Assembly: GCA_963720755.1 (NCBI GenBank)
Contig: CAVRGP010000011.1
Location: forward strand, 160,001-224,000
Direction of reading: 5' to 3'
Origin: an uncultured Chloroflexia bacterium
GTDB taxonomy: Bacteria; Chloroflexota; Limnocylindria; Limnocylindrales; CSP1-4
DNA: 64,000 nt
The translations under genes were made by a program, and so were the position numbers. The notes below the pieces were generated by a model, which ran no database searches, was not told the DNA's origin, and worked only from the letters and a program-made list of their open reading frames with translations. Position 1 is the stretch's first letter, and every line of letters begins with the position of its first letter. Shown here one piece after another: positions 27,010 to 36,731 of this stretch.

Positions 27010-28953
27010 ATGGGCAAGATCATCGGCATCGACCTTGGAACGACCAACTCGGTCGTCGCGGTCATGGAGGGCGGCGAGCCGACCGTCATCGCCTCTGCGG
27101 AGGGCGGCCGGACCGTCCCGTCGGTCGTCGCGTTCACCAAGGCCGGTGAGCGTCTCGTCGGCCAGTTGGCCAAGCGCCAGGCGGTGACGAATCCCGCCAA
27201 CACCGTCTATTCCATCAAGCGGTTCATGGGCCGGCGCTGGGACGATCCGGAGGTCAAGCGCAGCAAAGGCCTCGTCCCGTACACCGTCGAGAAGGACGCC
27301 AAGAGCGACGGCGTCGCGGTGAAGCTCGCCGACGGCAAGTCGTACACGCCGCCGGAACTGAGCGCGATGATCCTGCAGAAGCTCAAGACCGACGCCGAGG
27401 CCTACCTGGGCGAGAAGATCACGGACGCGGTCATCACCGTGCCGGCGTACTTCGACGACACCCAGCGCCAGGCGACGAAGGACGCGGGTCGCATCGCGGG
27501 ACTCGACGTCAAGCGGATCATCAATGAGCCGACCGCATCGGCGCTCGCCTACGGGCTCGACAAGAAGGGCGACGAGAAGATCGCCGTCTACGACCTGGGT
27601 GGCGGAACGTTCGACATCTCGATCCTCGAACTCGGCGAGGGTGTCTTCGAGGTCAAGGCCACGAACGGGGATACGCACCTCGGTGGCGACGATTTCGACC
27701 AGCGAGTCATCGACTGGCTGCTGGCCGAGTTCAAGAAGGACCAGGGCATCGACCTCGCCAAGGACCAGCAGGCCCTCCAGCGCCTGAAGGAGGCGGCCGA
27801 GAAGGCCAAGATCGAGCTGAGCTCGACGGCCAGCACGGAGATCAACCTGCCCTACATCACCGCCGACGCGACCGGTCCGAAACACCTGGTCGTGTCGCTC
27901 ACCCGGGCGAAGCTTGAGGACCTCGTCGCCGACCTGGTCCAGAAGACGGCCGGTCCGGTCAAGGCCGCACTCAAAGACGCCGGCCTCAAGCCGGGGGAGA
28001 TCGACGAGGTCATCCTGGTCGGCGGCATGACCCGGATGCCTGCCGTCGTCGAAGCGGTCAAGGCAATGTTCGGGGGCAAGGAGCCCCACAAGGGAGTCAA
28101 CCCGGACGAGGTCGTCGCCATCGGCGCCGCCATCCAGGCCGGCGTCCTGGCCGGCGATGTCAAGGATGTCCTGCTGCTCGACGTGACGCCGTTGTCGCTG
28201 GGCATCGAGACGCTCGGCGGGGTCATGACCAAGCTGATCGAGCGCAACACGACCATCCCGACCTCGAAGTCGCAGACCTTCTCGACCGCGTCGGACTCGC
28301 AATCGCAGGTGGAGATCCATGTCCTCCAGGGCGAGCGTGATTTCGCGGCGGACAACAAGACGCTCGGCCGGTTCATCCTCGATGGGATCCCCCCGGCCCC
28401 GCGCGGGATCCCGCAGATCGAGGTCACCTTCGACATCGACGCCAACGGGATCCTCGATGTGAAGGCCAAGGACCGGGCGACCGGCAAGGAGCAGCAGGTT
28501 CGGATCACCGCGTCGTCGATGCTCGACAAGAGTGCCGTCGACCAGATGGTCCGCGACGCCCAGGAGCATGCCGACGAGGATCGGCAGCGACGCGAGGAGG
28601 TCGAGACCCGCAACCAGGCCGAGGCCCTCACGTTCCAGGCAGAGCGCGCCCTCAAGGATCTCGGTGACCAGGTCTCGTCCGAGGACAAGGTCGAGGTCGA
28701 GAACAGCGTCAGTTCCTTGCGCGAAGCCCTCAAGGGCTCCGACATGGACATCGTCAAGACCGGGATGACTGCCCTGGCGGAGGTCCTCCAGCGGGTTTCG
28801 ACGGCGGCCTACCAGGCAGCCGCGGCGTCGCCAGCAGAGTCCGGCAACGGCACCGCCGAGTCCGATGGGACCGGCGCCGACGAGGGCGCGGCGGGGGACA
28901 CTGACGCCGCCGCCGAGGAAGAAACGGTCGAGGGAGAGTTCAAGGAGGTCTAG
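27010..28953 (+). CDS. dnaK: Chaperone DnaK
   Basis: [42 protein letters not shown]. Confidence 0.99.
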   Translation: MGKIIGIDLGTTNSVVAVMEGGEPTVIASAEGGRTVPSVVAFTKAGERLVGQLAKRQAVTNPANTVYSIKRFMGRRWDDPEVKRSKGLVPYTVEKDAKSDGVAVKLADGKSYTPPELSAMILQKLKTDAEAYLGEKITDAVITVPAYFDDTQRQATKDAGRIAGLDVKRIINEPTASALAYGLDKKGDEKIAVYDLGGGTFDISILELGEGVFEVKATNGDTHLGGDDFDQRVIDWLLAEFKKDQGIDLAKDQQALQRLKEAAEKAKIELSSTASTEINLPYITADATGPKHLVVSLTRAKLEDLVADLVQKTAGPVKAALKDAGLKPGEIDEVILVGGMTRMPAVVEAVKAMFGGKEPHKGVNPDEVVAIGAAIQAGVLAGDVKDVLLLDVTPLSLGIETLGGVMTKLIERNTTIPTSKSQTFSTASDSQSQVEIHVLQGERDFAADNKTLGRFILDGIPPAPRGIPQIEVTFDIDANGILDVKAKDRATGKEQQVRITASSMLDKSAVDQMVRDAQEHADEDRQRREEVETRNQAEALTFQAERALKDLGDQVSSEDKVEVENSVSSLREALKGSDMDIVKTGMTALAEVLQRVSTAAYQAAAASPAESGNGTAESDGTGADEGAAGDTDAAAEEETVEGEFKEV

Positions 28954-28976
28954 GCCTTCGCGAACGACCGGCGCAG

Positions 28977-29005
28977 ACGGCCCGTGGGTGACCGCGGGCC
29001 GTTTC
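28977..29005 (+). terminator. Terminator after dnaK
   Basis: ACGGCCCGTGG-GTGA-CCGCGGGCCGT followed by TTC. Confidence 0.75.
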
Positions 29006-29082
29006 GATTCCGGTCGAGCTTCCGGATCGCCGACACTTCGTGTCATCGCCGCCACGTGCACGCGTGCGGCCGGCCGACGCGC

Positions 29083-29119
29083 TAGGATGGCCACATACCG
29101 ACTGGTCGGTCGGTTTGTG
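29083..29119 (+). promoter_or_regulatory. -10 box and TetR-type operator upstream of the tetR-men operon
   Basis: TAGGAT (29083-29088), then CACATACCGAC-N6-GTCGGTTTGTG (29092-29119), which also contains ACCGAC-TG-GTCGGT. Confidence 0.65.
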
Positions 29120-29132
29120 ATCAGGAGCGTAG

Positions 29133-29783
29133 ATGCGCCGAAGCGAGGGGCGGTCAGCGACCCAGGCGGAACGAAGTCGAGCGAGACGGGAGCAGATCCT
29201 CGACGCAGCTTTCCACACGTTCAGTCGGCGCGGCTACCGCGACACCGCGGTCGATGAGATCGCGGCAGCCGCCGAGACGAGCAAAGGCGGCGTCTACTTC
29301 CACTTCCCGACGAAGGAAGCGATCTTCCGCGAGCTTGTCCGCACGACCGCGGACCGTCTCGCCGACAAGGTGGAACGAGCGGTGGCCGAGCAGACCGATC
29401 CCATCGCCCGGGCGGATGCAGCGCTCCGGACCGTCCTCCTGACCTTCGCCGGCCACCGGACCATGGCCCGCTTGCTGTTCGTCGACGCGATGGCCGCCGG
29501 GCGTGTCTTCAATGCCGAGACGAATGCCCTCCACGACCGCTTCGCCGGGATGATCGCCGGGTACCTCGACGAGGCCGTCGAGGCCGGGGCCATCCCGCCC
29601 ATCGATACCGCGCTTACCAGCGTCGCCTGGTTCGGCGCCCTCAACGAGGTCGTCGCCCGGTGGCTGCTCGCCGAGGAGTCCGAGCCCCTCGAGGGCGTCT
29701 ATCCGGCCCTGCGAGCGCTGCTGCTTCGGAGCGTCGGCGTCGATGAGGCCAGCATCGCCGCTGGCCCGAGCCTGCCCGCATGA
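29133..29783 (+). CDS. TetR/AcrR family regulator
   Basis: REQILDAAFHTFSRRGY..TAVDEIAAAAETSKGGVYFHFPTKEAIF. Confidence 0.93.
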   Translation: MRRSEGRSATQAERSRARREQILDAAFHTFSRRGYRDTAVDEIAAAAETSKGGVYFHFPTKEAIFRELVRTTADRLADKVERAVAEQTDPIARADAALRTVLLTFAGHRTMARLLFVDAMAAGRVFNAETNALHDRFAGMIAGYLDEAVEAGAIPPIDTALTSVAWFGALNEVVARWLLAEESEPLEGVYPALRALLLRSVGVDEASIAAGPSLPA

Positions 29784-31246
29784 CCGTCACCCAGCGCGGC
29801 GCCGTGTCCGACCTGCCGACGCCGACCGCGGCACGTCTCCGGGAGGCGCTGGCATCGGCCCAGCGCCTCGATGGACGAGCGCCGCTCGTGAGCGTTTCCA
29901 GCCCGATCCCCGAGGTCGATCCGATCGCGCTGTTCGCAGCAGCCCGGGCGCTCGGCCTCGAGGCGGCACTGTGGCTCCAGCCGTCGAACGACCGCTCCAT
30001 CGTCGGGATCGGCCGGGCATGGGCCGTCGAGTCGGCCGGGGCGGAACGGTTCAGCGACGCCACGACGGCCTGGCGCGCCGTGCTCGCCGACGCCAGCGTG
30101 TCGGGGGCTCCATCGGGTACGGAAGGTGGCCCGACGTTGCTCGGAGCGCTCGGCTTCACAGGCATGGCGCCCGCGGCGGAGGATGCCTGGGGATCCTTCG
30201 GGCCATCGTCGCTCGTCCTGCCGACCTTCACCGTATCCCGATCCGACTCGTCCACGATCCTGACCGTGGCGGCCGGTCCGGATCGGCCCGAAGACCCGGA
30301 TCCGGCCGCCGTCGAGCGAGTCTGGGCGGGGATCGTCCGCGATGCGCGATCCTGGGAGGCCGACGGCGACGTCGCCGGCGAGCCATCGAAGGACGTTGCG
30401 GCGCCGTTGCAGGTCATCGATGAACGGCCGGACCGGGCCGCCTGGGATCGGACGGTCGGACTGTTCGCCGGAGCGGTCGGTCGCGGTCGGATCGACAAGG
30501 TGGTGCTGGCTCGGCGGGTCGTGGCCCGGGCCGCGGCCGACCTCGATATCGCGGCGGCCCTGCGCCACCTTGCCCGGACCGCTCCCGAAAGTACGACCTT
30601 CGCCTTCGTTCGAGGTGGCACGACGTTTCTCGGGGCCACACCAGAGCGCCTCGTTCGGACCACCGGGCGATCGTTCGAGACGGTGGCGATCGCCGGTTCC
30701 ACGGCCCGCGGCGCGGATGCCGACGAGGATCGGCGACTTGCCGCCGCCCTGGCGTCGAGCGAGAAGGACCGCGAGGAGCACGCGGTCGTCGTCGATATGC
30801 TCCGGTCGAGTCTGGCCCCGATCGTCCGCTCGATGGAGGTCGCCGACCAACCCGGGATCCTTCCGCTTCGGCACATCCAGCATCTCGTGACGCCGATCAC
30901 GGGCACGCTGCGCGACGAAGCGGGACTGCTCGCGCTCGGCCAGCGGCTCCATCCCACGCCGGCCGTCGGTGGCGCCCCGCGCGACGTCGCCCTCGGCCTC
31001 ATCCATGAGCACGAAGGATTCGATCGCGGCTGGTATGCGGGACCGATCGGCTGGCTCGGCGCGGATGGCGATGGCGAGCTCGTCGTGGCCCTCCGATGCG
31101 GGCTTGTGCGCGGTCCCGAGCTGACCCTGTTCGCGGGCTGCGGGATCGTCGCGGATTCCGACCCGGCCCGGGAGTGGCAGGAGTCCCGCCTCAAGCTCCG
31201 AACGATGACCGCGGCCTTCGGGGCGCCCCTGGATGGCGACGCGTGA
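29780..31246 (+). CDS. menF: Isochorismate synthase
   Basis: KVVLAR, FLGATPERL, KDREEH, LHPTPAVGG, RGWYAGPIGW, FAGCGIV. Confidence 0.93.
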   Translation: MTVTQRGAVSDLPTPTAARLREALASAQRLDGRAPLVSVSSPIPEVDPIALFAAARALGLEAALWLQPSNDRSIVGIGRAWAVESAGAERFSDATTAWRAVLADASVSGAPSGTEGGPTLLGALGFTGMAPAAEDAWGSFGPSSLVLPTFTVSRSDSSTILTVAAGPDRPEDPDPAAVERVWAGIVRDARSWEADGDVAGEPSKDVAAPLQVIDERPDRAAWDRTVGLFAGAVGRGRIDKVVLARRVVARAAADLDIAAALRHLARTAPESTTFAFVRGGTTFLGATPERLVRTTGRSFETVAIAGSTARGADADEDRRLAAALASSEKDREEHAVVVDMLRSSLAPIVRSMEVADQPGILPLRHIQHLVTPITGTLRDEAGLLALGQRLHPTPAVGGAPRDVALGLIHEHEGFDRGWYAGPIGWLGADGDGELVVALRCGLVRGPELTLFAGCGIVADSDPAREWQESRLKLRTMTAAFGAPLDGDA

Positions 31247-33060
31247 CCGACACAGCCACCCTGCGTGCGATCGCCCAGGAGCTCGTCGACAGCGGTGTGG
31301 CCGATGTCATCGTCTGTCCAGGGTCACGCTCGACGCCGCTCGCGTTGACGGTCCGGGCGCATGCCGGATTGCGCGTCCGAGTTCTCCTCGACGAGCGGGC
31401 CGCGGGGTTCTTCGCCCTGGGTCTTGCGCGGGCGGCGCGGCGGCCGGTCGCCATCGTGGTGACGTCTGGTACGGCCGTCGCGAACCTCCTCCCTGCGGTC
31501 GTCGAGGCATCGCAGGCTCGGGTCCCGCTCATCCTGCTCACCGCCGATCGACCGCCTGAACTGCGCGATCGCGGTGCGCCCCAGACCATCGATCAGGTAC
31601 GGATCTTCAGCGGCCACGTCCGCTGGTTCTGCGAACTGCCGTTGTTCGACGGGGCGCCGGAGACCGAGCGACATGTCCGGTCCGTGATCGGCCGGGCCGT
31701 GGCGATCGCGCGCGGCGGACCGGCCGGACCGGTCCATCTCAATGCCGGGTTCCGCGAGCCGCTCGTCCCGGACACGCCGCTCGGACCGATCGGTCGACGT
31801 GTCGTCGGCGAGGCCCACCCGCCGTCCGACGCGATACCGGACGCGGGCGAGCGAGCCTTCACCGAGGTGGTCCAGGGTCGCCCGGTCCTCGCCCCGGCCG
31901 CGATCGCCGACCTGGCGAGCCGGCTCGCTGGCGTGGAACGCGGACTGATCGTCGCCGGACCCCAGGACGACCCGGCCCTTCCGGCGGCCCTGGCCGGTCT
32001 GGCCGCGGCGACCGGATTCCCGATCGCGGGCGATCCGTTGTCCGGGGTCCGATGCGGGCCACACGATCGCCGCCTCGTCCTCGCCCATGCCGACCATCTC
32101 GTTCGACCGGGGCGCTGGATCGATGCCCACCGACCGGAACTCATCCTCCGCTTCGGGGCGACCCCGACGTCGAAGCCGATGCTCACCCTGATCGGTCAGG
32201 TGGCACCCACCCAGATCGTCATCGATCCCGACCGTGGCTGGAGCGAGCCGGCGATCATCGCGACGACATTCGTCCAGGCCGACGCGACGGCGACGGCAAT
32301 GGCCCTGACCGAGGCAGTCACCTCGATCAGGGCCGCGTCCGACCGGGACCCGTCCGCCTCGACGTGGGCCAGCGACTGGGCCGACGCGGACGCCACTGCC
32401 GGTCGGGCGCTGGGCGATTGGCTTGCCGGCGTGGAAGCTCGAGACGAAGCCTTCGAGGGCCTGCCGTTCGCCATCCTGGGCGGGCTGTTGCCGGACGGCG
32501 CGCTGCTGTGGGCAGGGAACAGCATGCCCGTCCGCGATCTCGACGACTGGCTGCCTGGTGGCACATCGGCCATCCGCCCGCTGTCGAACCGTGGCGCCAA
32601 CGGTATCGACGGGGTGGTGTCGACGGCCCTGGGCGCCTCGGCCGCGGGGGTCGGACCCGTGGCGCTCGTCGTCGGCGATCTGTCCTTCCTGCACGACCTG
32701 AATGCGCTCGTCGCGGCTCGGCTGCTCGGACTCTCGGCCACGATCGTGGTCGTTGAAAACGATGGCGGCGGGATCTTCTCCTTCCTGCCGCAGGCGACCG
32801 TCCAGGATCCGGGGGTCGGCCTGCCCGACCATTACGAGGAGTTGTTCGGGACACCGCACGGGATCGACATCGGACCGATCGTCACCGCCCTCGGCGGTAC
32901 CTATCGCTCGGTCGGGGCGGGCGACTTGCGCGACGCCCTGTCCGGATCGATCGGTCGGACCGGCGTCCACGTCCTCGGCTATCGAACCGAGCGGGCGAGG
33001 AACGTCGTACTCCACCATGAGGCGGCGGCCACCGTGGCCGCGGCACTTGCCGGCGGATGA
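31243..33060 (+). CDS. menD: SEPHCHC synthase
   Basis: CPGSRSTPLA, DERAAGFFALG, TSGTAVAN, TADRPPEL, NRGANGIDG, GDLSFLHD. Confidence 0.96.
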   Translation: MTDTATLRAIAQELVDSGVADVIVCPGSRSTPLALTVRAHAGLRVRVLLDERAAGFFALGLARAARRPVAIVVTSGTAVANLLPAVVEASQARVPLILLTADRPPELRDRGAPQTIDQVRIFSGHVRWFCELPLFDGAPETERHVRSVIGRAVAIARGGPAGPVHLNAGFREPLVPDTPLGPIGRRVVGEAHPPSDAIPDAGERAFTEVVQGRPVLAPAAIADLASRLAGVERGLIVAGPQDDPALPAALAGLAAATGFPIAGDPLSGVRCGPHDRRLVLAHADHLVRPGRWIDAHRPELILRFGATPTSKPMLTLIGQVAPTQIVIDPDRGWSEPAIIATTFVQADATATAMALTEAVTSIRAASDRDPSASTWASDWADADATAGRALGDWLAGVEARDEAFEGLPFAILGGLLPDGALLWAGNSMPVRDLDDWLPGGTSAIRPLSNRGANGIDGVVSTALGASAAGVGPVALVVGDLSFLHDLNALVAARLLGLSATIVVVENDGGGIFSFLPQATVQDPGVGLPDHYEELFGTPHGIDIGPIVTALGGTYRSVGAGDLRDALSGSIGRTGVHVLGYRTERARNVVLHHEAAATVAAALAGG

Positions 33061-33878
33061 GCGCCGTCTGGCTGGATGGTCTTCGCTGGGAGGTCCGGGT
33101 CCGCGGCGCCGGCGCCCCGGTCCTCCTCCTGCACGGATTCACCGGCCGCGGCTCGGGATGGGCGGACCACGCCACCGCGCTCGCCAGGTCGTTCCGGGTC
33201 ATCGTCGTGGACCTGCCAGGGCACGGTCGCTCCGGGATCCCGACCGGCCCGGGTCGCGCCAGCGTGGAACGCACCGCCGGCGATCTGGCTGCGATCCTGC
33301 AGCGGACGGGATCGGCTCCCGCCCATGTGGTCGGCTACTCGCTCGGTGCGCGGATCGCCCTGCGTCTCGCCATCGATGCCCCGGACACGATCCGACGGCT
33401 GGTCGTGGAGAGCCCATCCGCCGGCATCGCGTCCGAGATCGACCGGGCCGCTCGCCGAGCGGCGGACGAGAAACTGGCCGTCCGACTGGAAGCTGAAGGG
33501 ATCGTCCCGTTCGTCGACGCGTGGCAGCGACAACCGGTCTTCGCCAGCCACGCCAGATCGTCGGCGGCGCGCAGGCGTCGGCTCCGCTCCGAACGTCTCC
33601 GCAATCGTCCGGCCGGTCTTGCCGCGAGCCTCAGAGATGCCGGGCAGGGGAGCATGGAGCCCCTCCATCGCCGGCTCGGCGAGATCAGCGCACCGACGCT
33701 CGTCATCGCCGGCGCCCTCGACCCGACCGGGCTTGACCGCGCCAGGATCGTGGCCGGCACCATCGAAGGCGCCAGGCTGGAGGTCGTCGCCGAAGCCGGC
33801 CACACCCCGCATCTCGAGACGCCCGAGATCTTCCGTTCTCTCACCCTGGCCTTCCTGAAGGAGGAATCCGCCGCATGA
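33057..33878 (+). CDS. menH: SHCHC synthase
   Basis: [35 protein letters not shown]. Confidence 0.92.
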   Translation: MSAVWLDGLRWEVRVRGAGAPVLLLHGFTGRGSGWADHATALARSFRVIVVDLPGHGRSGIPTGPGRASVERTAGDLAAILQRTGSAPAHVVGYSLGARIALRLAIDAPDTIRRLVVESPSAGIASEIDRAARRAADEKLAVRLEAEGIVPFVDAWQRQPVFASHARSSAARRRRLRSERLRNRPAGLAASLRDAGQGSMEPLHRRLGEISAPTLVIAGALDPTGLDRARIVAGTIEGARLEVVAEAGHTPHLETPEIFRSLTLAFLKEESAA

Positions 33879-34702
33879 GCGCCGCCGTCCGCTGGACATC
33901 CGTCGTCGACTACGAGGACATCCGTTATGAGCACTCGGGGACAGGTATCGCCCGGGTCACCATCGATCGGCCGGAGGTCCACAACGCCTTTCGCCCGGAG
34001 ACCGTCCAGGAGCTCATCGACGCGTTTGCCCGGATCCGCGACGAACCGACGATCGGCTGCGTGCTCCTGACCGGCGCCGGCGACAAGGCGTTCTGCTCCG
34101 GGGGCGACCAGCGCTTCAAGGACCGGGGCGGGTACGTCGGTGGGGACGGGCTGGCCCGGCTCAACGTGCTCGACCTGCAGCGCCAGATCCGGTCCCTGCC
34201 GATCCCGGTCATCGCCCTCGTCAACGGGTACGCGATCGGTGGCGGCCAGGTCCTCCAGGTCGTGTGCGACCTCGCGATCGCCGGGGACAACGCCATCTTC
34301 GGACAGGTCGGCCCGCAGGTCGGCAGCTTCGATGCCGGGTTCGGGGTCGGCCTGCTCGCCCGACTGGTCGGCGATCGCAAGGCCAAGGAGATCTGGTTCC
34401 TGTGTCGCCGCTACGATGCGGCCGCGGCGCTCGAGATGGGGCTGGTCAACCATGTCGTGCCGTTGGCCCAGCTTGAGGCCGAGGGTATCGCCTGGGCCGA
34501 CGAGATCCTGGCCATGAGTCCGACCGCGATCCGGTTCCTGAAGTCGGCCTTCCTGGTCGCCACCGATGGGCTGGCGGGATTGCAGGAGTTCGCCGGGAAC
34601 GCCACCGGGCTCTACTACACGACCGACGAGGCCCATGAGGGCTCACGGGCGTTCCTCGAGAAGCGCCGGCCGGACTTCTCGGCCTTCCCGCGTCGCCCGT
34701 GA
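33875..34702 (+). CDS. menB: 1,4-dihydroxy-2-naphthoyl-CoA synthase
   Basis: [41 protein letters not shown]. Confidence 0.97.
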   Translation: MSAAVRWTSVVDYEDIRYEHSGTGIARVTIDRPEVHNAFRPETVQELIDAFARIRDEPTIGCVLLTGAGDKAFCSGGDQRFKDRGGYVGGDGLARLNVLDLQRQIRSLPIPVIALVNGYAIGGGQVLQVVCDLAIAGDNAIFGQVGPQVGSFDAGFGVGLLARLVGDRKAKEIWFLCRRYDAAAALEMGLVNHVVPLAQLEAEGIAWADEILAMSPTAIRFLKSAFLVATDGLAGLQEFAGNATGLYYTTDEAHEGSRAFLEKRRPDFSAFPRRP

Positions 34703-35607
34703 CGGGCGATCGTCCGTCCCACGTTCGGATCTGGCTCCTGGCGATCCGGCCGGCGACGCTGCCCGCGGCCGTCAGCGGCGTGGCCGTCGGACTTGGTGCC
34801 GCCCTCGCCATCGGAACGACCTTCCGGGCGGACGCGGCCGTCGGCTGCCTGTTCGTGGCGCTGCTCCTCCAGATCACGGCCAACCTGGCAAATGACCTGT
34901 CGGATTTCCGCAAGGGCGCGGATACGCCCGACCGGACGGGGCCTGTGCGAGTCGCCGCCGCCGGCCTCGTGACGGAGCGCCAGCTGGAGGTCGCGATCGG
35001 TCTGACCGTGGCGCTCGCGGGGCTCGTCGGCCTGGGCCTGACGCTGATCGGCGGGCCGATCCTCATCGTCGTCGGAGCGCTCGCGATCGTGTCCGCGATC
35101 GCTTATACCGGTGGCCCCTGGCCGTACGGCTATCGGGGGCTCGGTGACGTCTTCGTCTTCGTTTTCTTCGGCCTCGTCGCGGTCATCGGGACGGCCTACC
35201 TCCAGGCCGGTCGCGTGGAACCGCTGTTCGTCGCGGCCGCGATCCCGGTCGGCGCGTTGACGACGGCGATCCTGGTGGTCAACAACCTGCGGGACATCCC
35301 GACGGACCGTGCGGCCGGCAAGCGCACGCTCGCGGTCATCCTGGGCGTGCGAGGGACGCGCGCCGAGTACCTGCTGTTGCTGGCGGCGGCATTCATCACG
35401 CCGGTCGCCCTGGTCGCCGGTGGCCACGGGTTCACCGTCCTGCTCCCGCTCCTCGCCCTCCCGATCGCGTCACCGCTCCTGCGGACCGTGCGGACGTTCA
35501 GCGAACCACGGCAACTCAACCCGGCGCTCAAGGGGACGGCCCGGCTGGCCCTGGCCTACGGCGTGCTCTTCGCCATCGGGCTGGCCCTCGACGGCGTGAT
35601 CGCGTGA
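34699..35607 (+). CDS. menA: 1,4-dihydroxy-2-naphthoate polyprenyltransferase
   Basis: [42 protein letters not shown]...GKRTLAV. Confidence 0.96.
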   Translation: MTGDRPSHVRIWLLAIRPATLPAAVSGVAVGLGAALAIGTTFRADAAVGCLFVALLLQITANLANDLSDFRKGADTPDRTGPVRVAAAGLVTERQLEVAIGLTVALAGLVGLGLTLIGGPILIVVGALAIVSAIAYTGGPWPYGYRGLGDVFVFVFFGLVAVIGTAYLQAGRVEPLFVAAAIPVGALTTAILVVNNLRDIPTDRAAGKRTLAVILGVRGTRAEYLLLLAAAFITPVALVAGGHGFTVLLPLLALPIASPLLRTVRTFSEPRQLNPALKGTARLALAYGVLFAIGLALDGVIA

Positions 35608-36731
35608 CGGTGATCGAACGGGTCGCGGCAGATCATCTCCGGATCCCGTTCCGGCGTCCCTTCCCGACTGCGACCGGGATGTGGCTGGATCGCGATACCT
35701 GGATCCTTCGGGTGCGGGCCGCGGACGGTCGGATCGGCCTCGGCGAGGCCGTCCTGGAGACGGCGGAGGAGGGGACGGCCGACCTGATCCTGGCGTCGCT
35801 CGTCCGGGAGATGGTCGAGGGTGCTGCGGACGGCCCGCTGCCCGATCTGGCCGGCCTCGAGGTCCACGGCGCACCGGGGCGTGCGCTGCACGCGGCGATC
35901 GAGGCCGCGATGTTCGATCTCGAGCGGGAGTCGGTCCCCGCCTTCCTTCTGCCCGATGGCGACGGCGTCGGGGTCAACGCCACGATCCCGTCGCTCGGGC
36001 CTTCGGCGGCCGGACTGGCCGCGCAGCAATCCGTCGAATCGGGATTCCTGACGCTCAAGTTGAAGGCGGGCGCGGAGCGCGAGACCGATGCTCTCGTCGA
36101 CCGGGTGCGCACGATCCGCGCCGCCGTCGGGCCCGATGTCGCGCTCCGGCTCGACGTCAACGGCGCGTGGGATCTGGCGACCGCCGTCGAGCGGCTCGAG
36201 GCCATCGCCCGGTTCGATATCGAGTTCGTGGAGCAGCCCCTTGCCCCGCACGATATCGACGGGATGGCCGAGCTTCGCCGACGCATCCGCATCCCGGTCG
36301 CCGCCGACGAGGCGGTGACGTCCGTGCAGGGCGCGCGCGCCTTGATATCGGCCGATGCCGCGGACGTCCTGGTCGTCAAGCCGACCCGCGTTGGCGGCCT
36401 GGCTGCGAGTGCGGCGATCGCAGAGCTGGCAGCAGAGCGGGGCGTGCCCGTCGTCATCAGTACCCTGTTCGAGACCGGGATCGGGATGGCTGCCGCGCTG
36501 ACCGCCGCCGCCGCTCTCCCCGACGTCAGGTCGTCGCGGGTGGACACGCCGCTCGATCACGGGCTCGCCACGGCCGGCCTTCTCGAGCACGACCTGCTCG
36601 CCGGATCCCTGCCGGTCGTCGAGGGCCGCCTGTTCGCTCCAGGGGGACCGGGAGCCGGCGGACTCGGGATCGTGCTCGATGCGACCGCCCTCGGCCGGTA
36701 CCGGATCGAGGCCGTCGGGACCATTTCATGA
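35604..36731 (+). CDS. menC: o-succinylbenzoate synthase
   Basis: Enolase superfamily KLK, RLDVN, EQP, ADE, VKP motifs; operon context. Confidence 0.9.
   Translation: MTVIERVAADHLRIPFRRPFPTATGMWLDRDTWILRVRAADGRIGLGEAVLETAEEGTADLILASLVREMVEGAADGPLPDLAGLEVHGAPGRALHAAIEAAMFDLERESVPAFLLPDGDGVGVNATIPSLGPSAAGLAAQQSVESGFLTLKLKAGAERETDALVDRVRTIRAAVGPDVALRLDVNGAWDLATAVERLEAIARFDIEFVEQPLAPHDIDGMAELRRRIRIPVAADEAVTSVQGARALISADAADVLVVKPTRVGGLAASAAIAELAAERGVPVVISTLFETGIGMAAALTAAAALPDVRSSRVDTPLDHGLATAGLLEHDLLAGSLPVVEGRLFAPGGPGAGGLGIVLDATALGRYRIEAVGTIS

Noticed and set aside
35681-36727. N-terminal 349 aa of the 1128-aa ORF as a giant MenE fusion
   Set aside because: It overlaps menC in another frame and is Arg/Gly-rich nonsense. 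The true start is the ATGA overlap at 36728.
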